DNA of 64,000 nt from Octopus vulgaris (Eukaryota), in assembly GCA_951406725.2 (NCBI GenBank), contig OX597822.1:34968001-35032000 (forward strand), written 5' to 3'. This document shows, piece after piece, positions 27,999-40,073 of this stretch (position 1 is the first letter of the stretch; every line of letters begins with the position of its first letter). The translations under genes and the position numbers were made by a program. The notes under the pieces were generated by a model that worked only from the letters and a program-made list of their open reading frames with translations, was not told the DNA's origin and searched no databases.

Positions 27999-29044
27999 GT
28001 AATTCTACTGACTCGGTGGATCACGTCGGGGTTACATAACCTTTTTGTGCGGAGATTGCTTTTTATTTATTTATTAAGAAAATCAATACCGATGTTGCAT
28101 ATACGATCTATAAACGGTGGTATATGTCATTACACATCTGTTGCTGTAGGAGCTTTTATTTGATTAATAGACATATGCACTTAAGATATACATTGTGTGT
28201 ACCTATATATTTGAGTGTATAAAAATATTTCGGTGTGCATGTGTGTGTGAGCACGTACCCTACTGAGTGCTTTGTGCAGCGTCAATTACAGCATCTCAGT
28301 AATTATAGGATTTTAGAAGGCGTATAATGTTGAAATAGAATAAAGGAATAAGTTTGCTCTTTGTATGGAAGAAATAGAACAGAAAATACGAATATATTGC
28401 ATTTTTCATTACCATATTTATTGTTCTCTTTTCTTTGTTTTTTTTTTAACTACGTGCAAGTAAAAATGCAACTGTATATTTGCCATTTAATTGGACATAA
28501 CCTCTGTAACACTAAAGTATACTATTGAATTTGGTTTTATTCGCCGTCAAGACGTCTTTGCGTGTTAAAGACATGTTGTAGAGTTATCCAACGGAAACGA
28601 GTAAGATATAAATTACAGCATCTGCAGTCCATTAAATGACGTCGGTGAACCGCGGTCGTTCATGAAATAATGGTTGTCTACTTTATAATTTCAAGGAATA
28701 ATATCCTGTATGTAATTTCAAGATTCGAGCAATACCGGAATAATTTGGTTTCCGTGTTATTGATGTTCAGATTCAAATCAGCGCTAATGTAATTGACCGA
28801 AGCTCCAAAGTTTTCCGGCAGTTGTCTTCGATACAGTGCAAATGGAACAGTAAGATGTGATTTTCAAGGGATATGATTGCTATTTCTGTCATTTCGAGAG
28901 ACCGTAGAAACTCTCATTCGACGGCTCTTTTATGTCGTTAAGCTTTGAAGCGGTTTGGGTAAGGAAAGGCATTCCTACCTTGAAATGTTCACATTTTGCT
29001 CTCTTGACATAATGTACCGCGTATTACATTTTATACATGTAGAG

Positions 29045-29329
29045 CAGTGGTTCCCATAGTGGGCAGTATTGCACACACAGCCCTGGAAGCAGTGGAAAGT
29101 TCCAAGGCGCCGTTGAAGAAAAGTGGAGTAATAATAGGGTAGCGGTTCATGTAAAAACAACAAAATAAAGGGTTCAATAGGTCAAGATTAATTTGTGAAA
29201 TACAGTTGCTTTGAATTTGTTTCAGAAAGAGTTCTATGTTCATGATGTTTAATTGAAGTGGGGTGCTAGGAATGTCACCTGGGTGTCAAGGGGTGGGAGC
29301 AGCTGCTTGAACATGTCTGGAGACCACCT
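29045..29329. mobile_element. hAT-like non-autonomous DNA transposon, degraded
   Basis: Starts CAGTGGTTCCCA, ends with the degenerate inverse tggagaccacct. Confidence 0.45.
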
Positions 29330-29841
29330 ATCATTATGGGTGGTTGGTTATCACTTATCCTATTAAGTTTATTTGTAATTTCTTACTACCCACTACAGCT
29401 GAGTGGATTTGAGCAATGCACTGCCCAGTTCAAGAATCTAACCCATGATTTACAGTGAGTCAAACGTCCATAGACAATGAGCTTTCACATATTCAACTAC
29501 ATACGAACAAGGTAATACTCACTATCATTTACCATATGTCATTTTAAATCAACTTGGTATGATTTGAGGGATATTTGTTTACCATTCCTTGCATGTTGTG
29601 ATCATGTGTGGGATACATTTTTGCATGCAGTACTTACATGAATTATTTTATTTTCATTTTTTGGGAACCCTGTGTAGATTTGACTTCAGTACAACAGTCT
29701 AAAAAAATATATAATCTCTCGCTAATGATAACTCAGAGAATTGTATACTTCTCGTGGGAAATAATTCGTGTGAGGGTGACCTAAATTTTTCTAGAATCTA
29801 GTTTTTATCATGTGCAGTGCTGTCCATGCTGGTTCCAGGAC

Positions 29842-30003
29842 TAGTGCCGTGCAAAGACAGAACTATATAGGGCAGTTGCCCGGGACTGAGCAAGGATCCC
29901 AATGCTAATCTATGAATTCTGTAGCTTGTCAACAAATAAATGCTAAGGGCCCGCTGTGCATTGCGTTGCCCCTGGGAACTATGCTGCTGTTAAGACAGTA
30001 CTG
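29842..30003. mobile_element. hAT-like MITE, degraded
   Basis: Ends tagtgccgtgcaa / ttaagacagtactg; partial 8-bp TSD tccaggac / ccaaggat. Confidence 0.4.
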
Positions 30004-31687
30004 CCAAGGATAGCAAATGTCAAAAATTTAGATGGTAATTTTACATCAATTCGATGCTTTGGAATCATTATTTGTTAAATATTGACCTATATTACCAAAA
30101 ATATTGGTCCAATGGTAAATGAAATATTATTGTCCCAGTTCTTAATGTTTTCCCACTGGTTAACAATTAAAATACTTTCAAGATCTTTATCGTACATCAA
30201 TGAACTTCCAGTACTGAATCTCAGCACGCAGCATCACTTCAAATTCCCAAGACTCCGACGAACTGAAACTAGTATGTTAAATGACGACTGTTTTGTTATA
30301 TTTTAAAACTTTGAATCTCTCGCTGCTACCTAATTATTTTTTTCTTTGCAATAAACATTCTTTAATTTCCTTAGAGAAGTCGACATTCCTGTCTGGTGTG
30401 GATTTACAGTAGTTTATGCCAGAATCTATTTGAAATGAAAATAAGTCGAAAAGCAAAATAGTTAAGATAACGAAACATAGAAGAAAAAAAATATTACTTC
30501 ATATTGGAAATGTGAGGTGCTTAAAACGGACATTAAGCTTGTAGTCGGATAAAGGTGTTAATAAATACATTATCGTGTTTTTTAGCAATATCAAATCAAC
30601 ATATTATTTCCAGGATGTTCCATATAGAGATAGAAAGAGTGAGATAGGGGGAGTGAAATAGATAGAGAGAAGGTGAGAGAAAGAAAGAAACAAGTGTTTT
30701 GTTATTTTATATTACTGTTACATATTTTATCGATTTTTGAGATTTCAACCGATACGAATGGAGCTAAATTTTCTAATAAAACTCAAAATGAGAAGAAACT
30801 AAACGTGTTTTTTTTCTAAAAGAAATGTTCTACATTGGACATTATAACATACGTATTGTCGACGCAAACGGAGTTAATCGAATCTGCAGATATATATATC
30901 AATACTATAATTTCGCGGTCTGTGTCCTTTCACTTAACCCCTGCTTGTAAAGGAGCAAAATTATTAAGACTATACCATGCGTGAACGACGTCATAGTTGA
31001 CTAATTAAGAAATTCACTGTTGTACAGCGTACTTTTAGATTCTTTCGGCATGTACGGTTATGTAGCAAGTATTAGCTCCCATATCTTCAGGTTTGCTGTT
31101 AATTGAAACTCAGTCAATAGAAATAATGCATTTATATTACAAAGCCTCGATTATTCTTGCTGTGCTATAGCTGTGCGGCAAATGAGGGAGGCATTCTCCT
31201 GTTAGGTCATTTAGCAATGTATTTCATGATCCTCTTAGATCTATTTGGCTTCCTTTACAATCAAAATCATTGAACATTTAACTATTATATAAATCAGCCA
31301 TAAAATATTCCGGCACCATTATGGATATTCTGATTTGCATATTTGTGCTCTTGACCGTTCCTAATTAATTAATATATATATCGAATTTATGCAAAACACG
31401 CGAGGTAAATCAGAAGAACTGAATTAAATATACATAGCAAAAGCTCGTTGTGTTTGAAATGAGAATGTAAACACTTTTTTTTGCTACAGCCGTGCGTGAT
31501 TAAACGACTCTAATGAGGGGCTGGTTTCCAGTTTCTTTTTCTGCTCTACAGAGATGCACCCGAATGCCTTCCCCAAGGTATAGCATTACGAAAGCGACAA
31601 AATGAGCAGTCATAACGAAGAGTTGTAACAGCTTTCTTACCATTTTCTTTACATATATAAACAATGTGTTATACATACATACATACA

Positions 31688-31766
<79 letters not shown>

Positions 31767-31856
31767 TTATATTTCGGAATGGTCATATTGCCAGTTTAGC
31801 CAATAAAAACACACGCACTATATATTTGGTGTTATATATATATATAATACATGGAA

Positions 31857-31979
31857 GCTTTCAGATGTCGGGGCGGAAACCCACACCGGCATCTCTTCAG
31901 TAATCGGGCCATCGAAAACTGAAGAGATGCCAGCGTAGGTCTCCGCCCCGACATCCGAAACTCGGAGTTTTATCATGGC
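31857..31979. ncRNA. Back-to-back pair of hammerhead-like cores forming a palindrome
   Basis: Plus: CUGAAGA(31919)-GAUG...CAUC-C-GAAA-CUCGGAG-UU with stem I gccat.gaaaa / uuauc.auggc. Minus: CUGAAGA-GAUG...CAUC-U-GAAA-GC-UU. Confidence 0.6.
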
Positions 31980-32025
31980 TACCGAATAATTGTCACATAT
32001 TATAATTACAAATATATAATATATA

Positions 32026-32071
<46 letters not shown>

Positions 32072-32689
32072 TGTATATATATGCATATGTGTATGTGTGT
32101 ATAAATGTATGTATGTATACAGTGATTGATTTTGTTGACTACACTGTGATATGAGAACGATATTATATATATGATGTGTGTGTGTGTGTGATAGTCTCTA
32201 TATTTGCGTATGTGTGCTTTTGTCAAAGTATGTGCATGCTCATGGTTCTGTACTATGAGTTTTGATGATGCCGGCGGTTACGATACACAAATTATAACTA
32301 GCATCTAATCAGTCTTATGGAGCATGAGGCTATGAAGAAACAAAGCTTTAGACGAGACTTAATACCAATAATTAACTCATACTGTTTCTATGTTACGATC
32401 TCTCATTCTCCTTCTCTCACACACATTCTTTCTCTTTGCCTCTTTTTCTTCCTTCTTTATCGCTATGTCACTACTTATCTCTTCTTTCTAACTTCATTCT
32501 TTCGCTATACCGTTGTGTTGTTATCTCCCTTTATTTACCCATCTAAAACCTCTCTGTTTCATTACTTCCCTTTTTACTTATCTACCAACATGTCCACTAC
32601 GTATCTATCTATTTATCCGTCTATCTATCTACCTATCTGTTCACACACGCACACGAATGCAAATATTCTTTAATTTTTTTTTTATTTTA

Positions 32690-32870
32690 AATGTTTCAGT
32701 CATTTGACTGCAGCCATGCTGGAGCACCGCCTTTAGTCGAACAAATCGCCCCCAGGACTTCTTCTTTTTAAGCCTAGCACTCATTCTATCGGTGTTTTTT
32801 GCCAAATCGCTAGGTTACGAGGACGGAAGCACACCGATGAGCGGAAGGACAAACACAGGCACACACACAA
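32690..32870 (-). mobile_element. SINE type B 3' half
   Basis: tgtttcagtcatttgactgcagccatgctggagcaccgcctttagtcgaacaaatc. Confidence 0.88.
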
Positions 32871-33051
32871 ATATATATATATATCTTTGGCATTATGTAA
32901 AAGTGTCGTAAGTCCAAAACATTGCTTTTTTCAGAAAACTGAAAAATAGTTTCACCATTCCATTTCTTTTTATATTAGCAATGGTTTCAGTTTCACTATA
33001 ATAGTTTGTTGGGTACATAAAATTGTAACTCCATGCAGGTATGATATTCTC

Positions 33052-33281
33052 TATTTCTTTACTGCCCACAAGGGGCTACACACAGAGGAGACAAACAAGG
33101 ACAGACAAATGGATTAAGTCGATTATATCGACCCCAGTGCGTTACTGGTGCTTATTTAATCGACCCCGAAAGGATGAGAGGCAAAGTCGACCTCGGCGGA
33201 ATTTGAACTCAGAACGTAACGGCAGACGAAATACTGCTACGCATTTCGCCCGATCTGCTAACGTTTCTGCCAGCTCACCGC
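33052..33281 (-). mobile_element. SINE type A, full length, young
   Basis: 15-bp TSD aggtatgatattctc on both sides. Confidence 0.93.
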
Positions 33282-33502
33282 AGGTATGATATTCTCAATC
33301 AGACGAACTACACTTTGGAAAAATGCTAAGCCATTGGCTTACACTTTGAGAATTTTCATATCTTGCCATCTGAAGCAGCTGGAGATACGATAGTTTGACA
33401 AAAAGGACTGAATATTGCAAGCAAAAATAAATGTTCATAAAACATAAGCATTTTGCCAAACTTGGACATACGAGAATTTAAGGCAATAGCAACGATATAT
33501 AT

Positions 33503-33645
33503 ACGACAGGCTTCTTTCTGTTTCCATCTACCAAATCCACTCACAAGGAATTGGTCGGCCCGAGGCTGTATTAGAAGACACTCTCCCATGGTGCCACGCA
33601 GTGGGACTGTGGTTGGAAAATAAGTTTCTTATCACACAGCAACTC
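33503..33645 (-). mobile_element. SINE type B 5' half
   Basis: cgacaggcttctttctgtttccatctaccaaatccactcacaagg. Confidence 0.85.
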
Positions 33646-33720
33646 TAGTCATATTTAACACCCTAGTCACATTTAGTGACATTAGTAATTCTCCGTTTTG
33701 GTGAAACATTCCAAACTGGT

Positions 33721-33759
<39 letters not shown>

Positions 33760-33761
<2 letters not shown>

Positions 33762-33957
33762 CCTTTCTACTAAAGGCACAGGGCCTGAAATTATGGGGAT
33801 GGAACTAGTTGATTACATCAACCCCACTCTACTTTTATCGATCCGAAAAGATGAAAAGCAAAGTCAGCCCCGACGGAATTTGAACTCAGAACTATACGGG
33901 CGAAATACTTCTGAAGCATTTCGTCCAGCGTGCTAACGATTCTTCCAGCTCGCCGCC
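33760..33957 (-). mobile_element. SINE type A
   Basis: Ends ccagctcgccgcc on the plus strand. Confidence 0.85.
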
Positions 33958-34652
33958 TTATTAAATTAAACGATTACTCTATGTATTTGGTAGAATACAA
34001 ATTTATTATTCTCTAACAAAAACATGATTAACTGTGACTTCGAACCTTCGGTCACCTGAGTAGTGATCATACTGCTCGATGATGGCTTATTAGAAGCTAT
34101 TTCTGTTACTCATGAATAATGTTATCAACAGTATGCATTTAGTTGATTAATGTTAAGATCCAGTTATTGTTATGAAAAAGATCCTATTCCTCCTTTGTAC
34201 GGTGCGTCTGCACCAGTTGGGCTGGTGTGTTCTACGATCTACGATAGCTTCGGGAAAACCAATATCTTGTGAGTGAATCTAGTAATGCAAAGCTGCGTGC
34301 GATGCACTTGTATATATATATGTGTGTGTGTGTTAAAGGTTGAATTAGATTCGTCCTTCATTTTGGAGGTTTCCCCAAAAAGATTTCTTGCATTGCATGT
34401 TTCAAGCGCATTTCGATGACCCCGACCACATCATTAAGGAACAATATTTTGCATTAAGTAAATAAGAACTAATATTCCTGTTGATTCGTTCCCAGTTCAG
34501 ATTTCCATTGTACTTGGAACATCCGATACAATATTCTAAGCAACCGTAATTTTGAAACGTACGTAGGAATTAATTATACAAACTTATGTTATCGTGATTT
34601 CTCATACACTCATGCATAAGCATGTGAACATACACACATACACCACACACAC

Positions 34653-34703
<51 letters not shown>

Positions 34704-35298
34704 AAATTATAAATAAGGACTAAAGAAAATTATTTCTAACCCAATATGCTGATAACAGACTTTTAAATCGTCAATTTCCACATATTATTTACTCGTTACA
34801 GAAAACACATAGAGCAGAAATCGAGGAAAGCCAGCCAATAGAATTTTTTTAAAAAGTTCGTTATTTCTATATTTTAAACTTAACGGTATTTTAATATGCT
34901 GCCACATTTTTGATGGAATTTTTTTTCTGTAAAAAAGCTTCATCTTATATTAGTAGTATATATATACATATATATGCTTCTATCCCACAAAAAGGGGTGC
35001 CGAATAGCGCCTTGCAACAGTCAGTAACCAAATATGTTAACCGTCGTCTCACAATTCTTTCAACACGTTAACAGATTCAAATATCCTTGGATTCGCGAAT
35101 TATTTTTGATGTCATAACACAAAATGTATAAATCATATTATTTATACTTCAGAGTCGTCAATTTATATGATAGAAATAACGCCATAAACAACAATTTCGT
35201 ATTGACTGGACCGAAGAAATTATGAGAAGCCTCGAAAATAAATATTTTTTCCGAAATGCAATGTTTATTTTTGGTAAATACACGCACATACATTTTTA

Positions 35299-35834
35299 CA
35301 GTGTCATTCAAAAAGAATGAACCGATTTCATTACTCAATATTTTAATAAGAAAAATCAATAGAAATCTCCAACTAAGTCACAAGTATTTACTCACGGTCA
35401 ACTTTTATTTACTGTCTTTAATGTGGCCACCAACTGCAGCACGGGCAACAGCAATGTGATAAGAGAATTCCTCCCAGACGCGTAACGGCATGTCATGATT
35501 CAATGAGTACTTCTTTGCCTGTCTGGTTGAATATTTATCGAAGATTTTCCATTTCCTTTCTTTGTCAATATCTTCTGGAATCACCTCAATCAAAGCAAAT
35601 GTATTCTTTAGTTCCATTATGAACTTGCTTTTGATACGATGATACGCGTCCGGGAGGAATTCTCTTATCGCATTGATGTTGCCCGTGCTGCAGGTGATGG
35701 CCATATTGAAGACAGGAAATAAAAGTTGATTGTGAATAAATACTTGTGACCTAGCTGAGCTGGAGATTTTATATTGCTTTTCTTTATTAAGATAGTGCGT
35801 AATGAAATCAGTTCGTTCTTTTTGAATAACCCTG
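35299..35834. mobile_element. Tc1/mariner-derived palindromic non-autonomous element
   Basis: TA|cagtgtcattcaaaaagaa ... ttctttttgaataaccctg|TA; arms of about 190 bp, each encoding a transposase-like C terminus (RVWEEFSYHIAVARAAVGGHIKD; RVREEFSYRIDVARAAGDGHIED). Confidence 0.8.
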
Positions 35835-35904
35835 TAATACACACCAGCACTGACTCTGACAAAAACAAACGGAAACATACACACTCACACACACAGTATA
35901 TATA

Positions 35905-36188
35905 TTGCGATCCCGGACCGGGATGCGTGTTGTGTTCTTGAGCAAGGCACTTTATTTCACGTTGCTCCAGTTCACTCAGCTGTAGAAATGAGTTGCGACG
36001 TCACTGGTGCCAAGCTGTATCGACCTTTGCCGTTCCCTTGGATAACACTGGTGGCGTGGAGAGGGGAGGCTGGTATGCATGGGCGACTGCTGGTCTTCCA
36101 TAAACAACCTTGCCCGGACTTGTGTCTAGGAGGGTAACTTTCTAGGTGCAATCCCATGGTCATTCCTGACCGAAGGGGGTCTTTACCC

Positions 36189-36192
<4 letters not shown>
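35905..36192 (+). mobile_element. SINE with type C (CORE-like) core and a third tail type
   Basis: ttgtgttcttgagcaaggcactttatttcacgttgctccagttcactcagctg followed by a tail not seen on other copies. Confidence 0.75.
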
Positions 36193-36240
<48 letters not shown>

Positions 36241-36242
36241 TT

Positions 36243-36640
36243 ATGGTGGTTGTCTACTCGTTATGAACAGTCTGACCACCACCTGTACAAACACTTTAGA
36301 ACCATCGTGGCATCTGATATGACTTTTGAAACCAGACAATGTTTTGAAAAGACAACCACATAGCTTGCATATCCGATGTGGACCACCAAGAGCTGTAGTT
36401 ATGTGCTAAATTTTTGTGGATCTTAAAATGTCTTACGAGGCCTCCATTATAATTGCATACCTTCTGGCATACATTGCATTGAAAAGTGTGCACAGGCATA
36501 TAGACATAATAATTGGTGGGGGTTCGTTTTCTATGGGTTCGCAAATGACATTTGAGCCCACCAAAAGAAAGGCATGGTCTGTCACAAACTATACACCTAA
36601 ACTGTTATATTGAATTTGCTTATCCGCAAAACTGCCTCTG
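36243..36640 (-). mobile_element. LINE (RTE-like) 3' end with three C2H2 zinc fingers, frameshifted
   Basis: CIVCDRPCLSFGGLKCHLRTH; CNVCQKVCNYNGGLVRHFKIH; CKLCGCLFKTLSGFKSHIRCH, then a short 3' UTR. Confidence 0.65.
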
Positions 36641-36682
36641 TAAACTATAATATATATGATGTTGTATAATATAATATAACAC

Positions 36683-36880
36683 ATGGTCGTTGCCTACCCT
36701 CTTGCAGAGTGTAACCACCTCTTGTGCTTACACCTTAAATCCATCATGGCGTTTGGTGTGGCTTTTTGAACCTGACCTTATATTGAAAATTCACCCACAT
36801 ACATTGCATATCTAATTCTGATCACGTGATATGTCTGCGCAATAATCCAGTCCTTTTCGCTAATGGTAATCGATTTGGAG
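36683..36880 (-). mobile_element. Second, more degraded 3' end of the same LINE family
   Basis: CNVCG*IFNIRSGSKSHTKRH and a homologous 3' UTR (gtaggcaacgaccat versus gtagacaaccaccat). Confidence 0.6.
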
Positions 36881-36994
36881 AATCCTGGTTTGTTGAGTAT
36901 ACTTTCCATTCAGAACTAGAACTGGTGTTTATTGTCATTTCGTTATTATGACTCATCCTCTGTAGATGGAGTTAATTTCAATAAATCAAAATTA

Positions 36995-37164
36995 GCGCAG
37001 GCGTGGCTGTGTGGTAAAAAGCTTACTTCTCAACTACATGGTTCTGTGTTCAGTCCCGCTACGTTACAACTTGTAGAAGTGTCTTCTACAATAGCCTCGG
37101 GCCGCCCAACGCCTTGTGAGTGGATTTGGTAGACGGAAGCTGAAAGACGCCTGTCATATAATAC

Positions 37165-37195
<31 letters not shown>

Positions 37196-37247
37196 TGTAT
37201 GTATGTATGTATGTATGTATGTATGTATGTATATATGTATGTATGTA

Positions 37248-37331
<84 letters not shown>

Positions 37332-37345
37332 TGTGTTTGTCCTTC
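36995..37345 (+). mobile_element. SINE type B 5' half with expanded internal (TATG)n(TG)n
   Basis: gcgcaggcgtggctgtgtggtaa...gccttgtgagtggatttggtagacggaa. Confidence 0.88.
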
Positions 37346-39404
37346 ACCAAGAAGGTTTGAAAACGCAAATTTTCAAACCTTCCTTCATATATATTTTCCC
37401 TTATGCACTACCTTACAACTTTACTTTGTTTTATATATATATATATATATGAGTAAGAGGACAAACAAATGGAGGGCACTCAACGCATTTATTGGGAGTT
37501 AGTTATAGGCATGGATTAAAACACTTTGATTCAAATTCCATAGTACGTCAAGTTTCAAAACGTGATGCTAAACCGCAGCCATGAGAAATTTGAATAAGAG
37601 ATCAATTGGAGAAAGTCAGGTTTTATTACCGTTAGATGGGCTGCGATTGGTCGAGAAAGGTCACGTTTGATGTTGGTATTTCAGCGACAAGAATTGCGTG
37701 GAAAATACCACATGGTGAACTGGAAATTAACCGCGTTGTGATCAGGAAATCGGTCGCGTGGTGAACAGGAAATCGGTCGCGTGGTTGGAGGGAAAATAGG
37801 AAAGGGCAATGTAACCAGATATCTACGGTTATAAGTATGCTTAGCGTCAAACTTTGAAAGTTGAAGTACCACAGAATGTGGATCAAACTGTTTTGATCCA
37901 GATAGAAAGATAGATAAATAGATAGATACGTATATATACCTATGCATACATACATGTGCGAATTCATTAATAAGTATCTAGGCTTTTCTTTGTATTGGGT
38001 TTATTAACAATGCATCTCCTCGATAGCCTATTAAACATATCAAACTGATCTTGTTAAAACTAAGCATCAAAGCGAAGAATACACAATAATTTTTAATTAT
38101 TGATATGAAAAAAAAAAATCAAAGAAATAAGAATAGCGAGGTTCGTGATAGATTTGATCGTTATAATACTTATTCTAATGACATGTTAGTTGGGGTTTTT
38201 TCCGCAAGGCCCATGACAAGCCTGTTAAGATATTACTTGTTAATTATTGTTTTTATTCCTTTATACAGCTGGAAAACGTCAAACCCTTTCACCACGAATT
38301 AATTGCTATAAATTATAAACACACTTGACTAAAAAGCTAAACACAGAAGTAGACATCTTATATACGCTCGAGGTGTGTCTTTCTCTCAGCATGATTTTTC
38401 TTTAATATAAATCTTCCAAATTATATTTACTGTCATTAAGTAAATAATCTTGCTAGATAATACACCGGATATGAAGACTACATCCCAGTATTGCTTAAGG
38501 GTCTGTTACAATAAAGTGATTCATTATGTTGATCATTGATTAGAAAACTAATTATTGTTTTATATAGTCTACCGCCATTGTTATACAGAGCATAAACTAT
38601 TATATTCATTTTGTTACTTTTTCCTTTCGACTGTGTTGTAGAGCTCTCTCCGTGCGTTTTAATATATTACAACTACTACTCTAATTGTATTGCCCTATAA
38701 TTAATGTCTCGTTACCCTTGGGGTTTTAACACAATGCATAAATATATACATAGACACATACACCCACTCACACACGCGCGCCCGTGTATGTCTTTAAGTT
38801 TGCTTGTACCTCATCTGTAACGACATAGTTATCTGAAATATTCTTTGAGGTAATCTTGTAACTTATTTTTACTTGAAACGAACTACATGATAGATACTAT
38901 TGTGTTGTATCTAGGGAGAATTATTACGCCAATAATAAATACAAGTATTAATTAGCATAATAACCCTCCTCGATATACAAAACAATCTGTTTGAACATAG
39001 GAATTCACGTGAAGAATCCTGCAAACCAAATTCAAATTGGAAATGATATTATTGTTTAATCTTTTAGAACCTGTCCTTACACAGTGGCGCCAATGTAATT
39101 TGTCTGGTAGTCTACATTACAGTTAGCAATAATTCAGATGACGGTTGAATAAATTGATGCAGTATATGTTATTTATAAAATTCTACGCTGTAAAAAGCAT
39201 TTCTTTGACACATAATAAACTATAACGAATCCATCTTTAATCTATATCTAAAAACTCTACCCAACTGTGCAATTATGTCTGAAGAAACATCCTGGTTATA
39301 TAGTAACCAGTGTGTGTGTGTAACATTTTGGTAGTATACAGAATAGTCTAACGGTGATAATGAGCTAATAAATAGACATTCTATGGAAACTGGATATAAA
39401 AGGA

Positions 39405-39655
39405 TAATGATCCTTCCCGAGCCATATAGACTCATAGGGCCACTTTCCCGGTTTCTGTGACGCATATATTCCCCACCTGGACGGGACGCTAGTCTGTCGC
39501 AGAATTACTCATTTTTCCTGCTGATTGGAGTAAAGCAACATAAAATGAACAGTTTTGCTCAAGAACATAATGAGTCACCCAGTCCAGGAGACGAAACCAC
39601 TATCTTACGATCACGAGTCCAACGCCCTAATTACTAAGTCATTCGCATCCACTTA
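39405..39655 (-). mobile_element. SINE, type C core with V-like tail, degraded
   Basis: Reverse strand has ttcttgagcaaaac and gactagcgtcccgtccagg. Confidence 0.7.
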
Positions 39656-39709
39656 TAGAAATCGTCGTAACATAACAGAGAAATTATCTCCAGTCATATT
39701 CATCAATTG

Positions 39710-39985
39710 CGAAGATGGCTTGGCGGCTACGGTTTGAACTCATAATCGTCTGAGTGTGGTTTGGTTCCTGGAATGGCTTATGTGTTTTATTCTTGAGCAA
39801 GACACTTAACCATAACCCTAACTTTAACCTTAACTTAAACTTTTCTCCAATCTACTCTGCTGGCACAAATGAGTAATCCTGCGGTGGATCGGGATACTGT
39901 CTAGGGTGGAGTCGGGGAACATATACGCCATAAAATCCAGGAAACCGGGTTTTTTCAGCACATGACTCGGGAAGGATCTTTGACA
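39710..39985 (+). mobile_element. SINE, type C core with V-like tail, degraded
   Basis: ttcttgagcaagacactt...aaatgagtaatcctgcg...gaaaccggg...ctcgggaaggatc. Confidence 0.65.
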
Positions 39986-39997
39986 TTTTCCTGTTCG

Positions 39998-40073
<76 letters not shown>

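Larger units (their letters stand above)
24940..28700 (+). repeat. Old tandem segmental duplication, unit 2, expanded by insertions
   Basis: Same blocks in the same order as 21450-23750; boundaries approximate. Confidence 0.7.

Noticed and set aside
35405-35884. 159-aa ORF as a gene
   Set aside because: It reads through a palindromic transposon derivative; only the last ~30 aa are transposase-like.
37640-37800. Promoter (CCAAT-like gattgg, duplicated caggaaatcggtcgcgtggt)
   Set aside because: No linked transcript evidence; a 20-bp local duplication in probable repeat-derived DNA.
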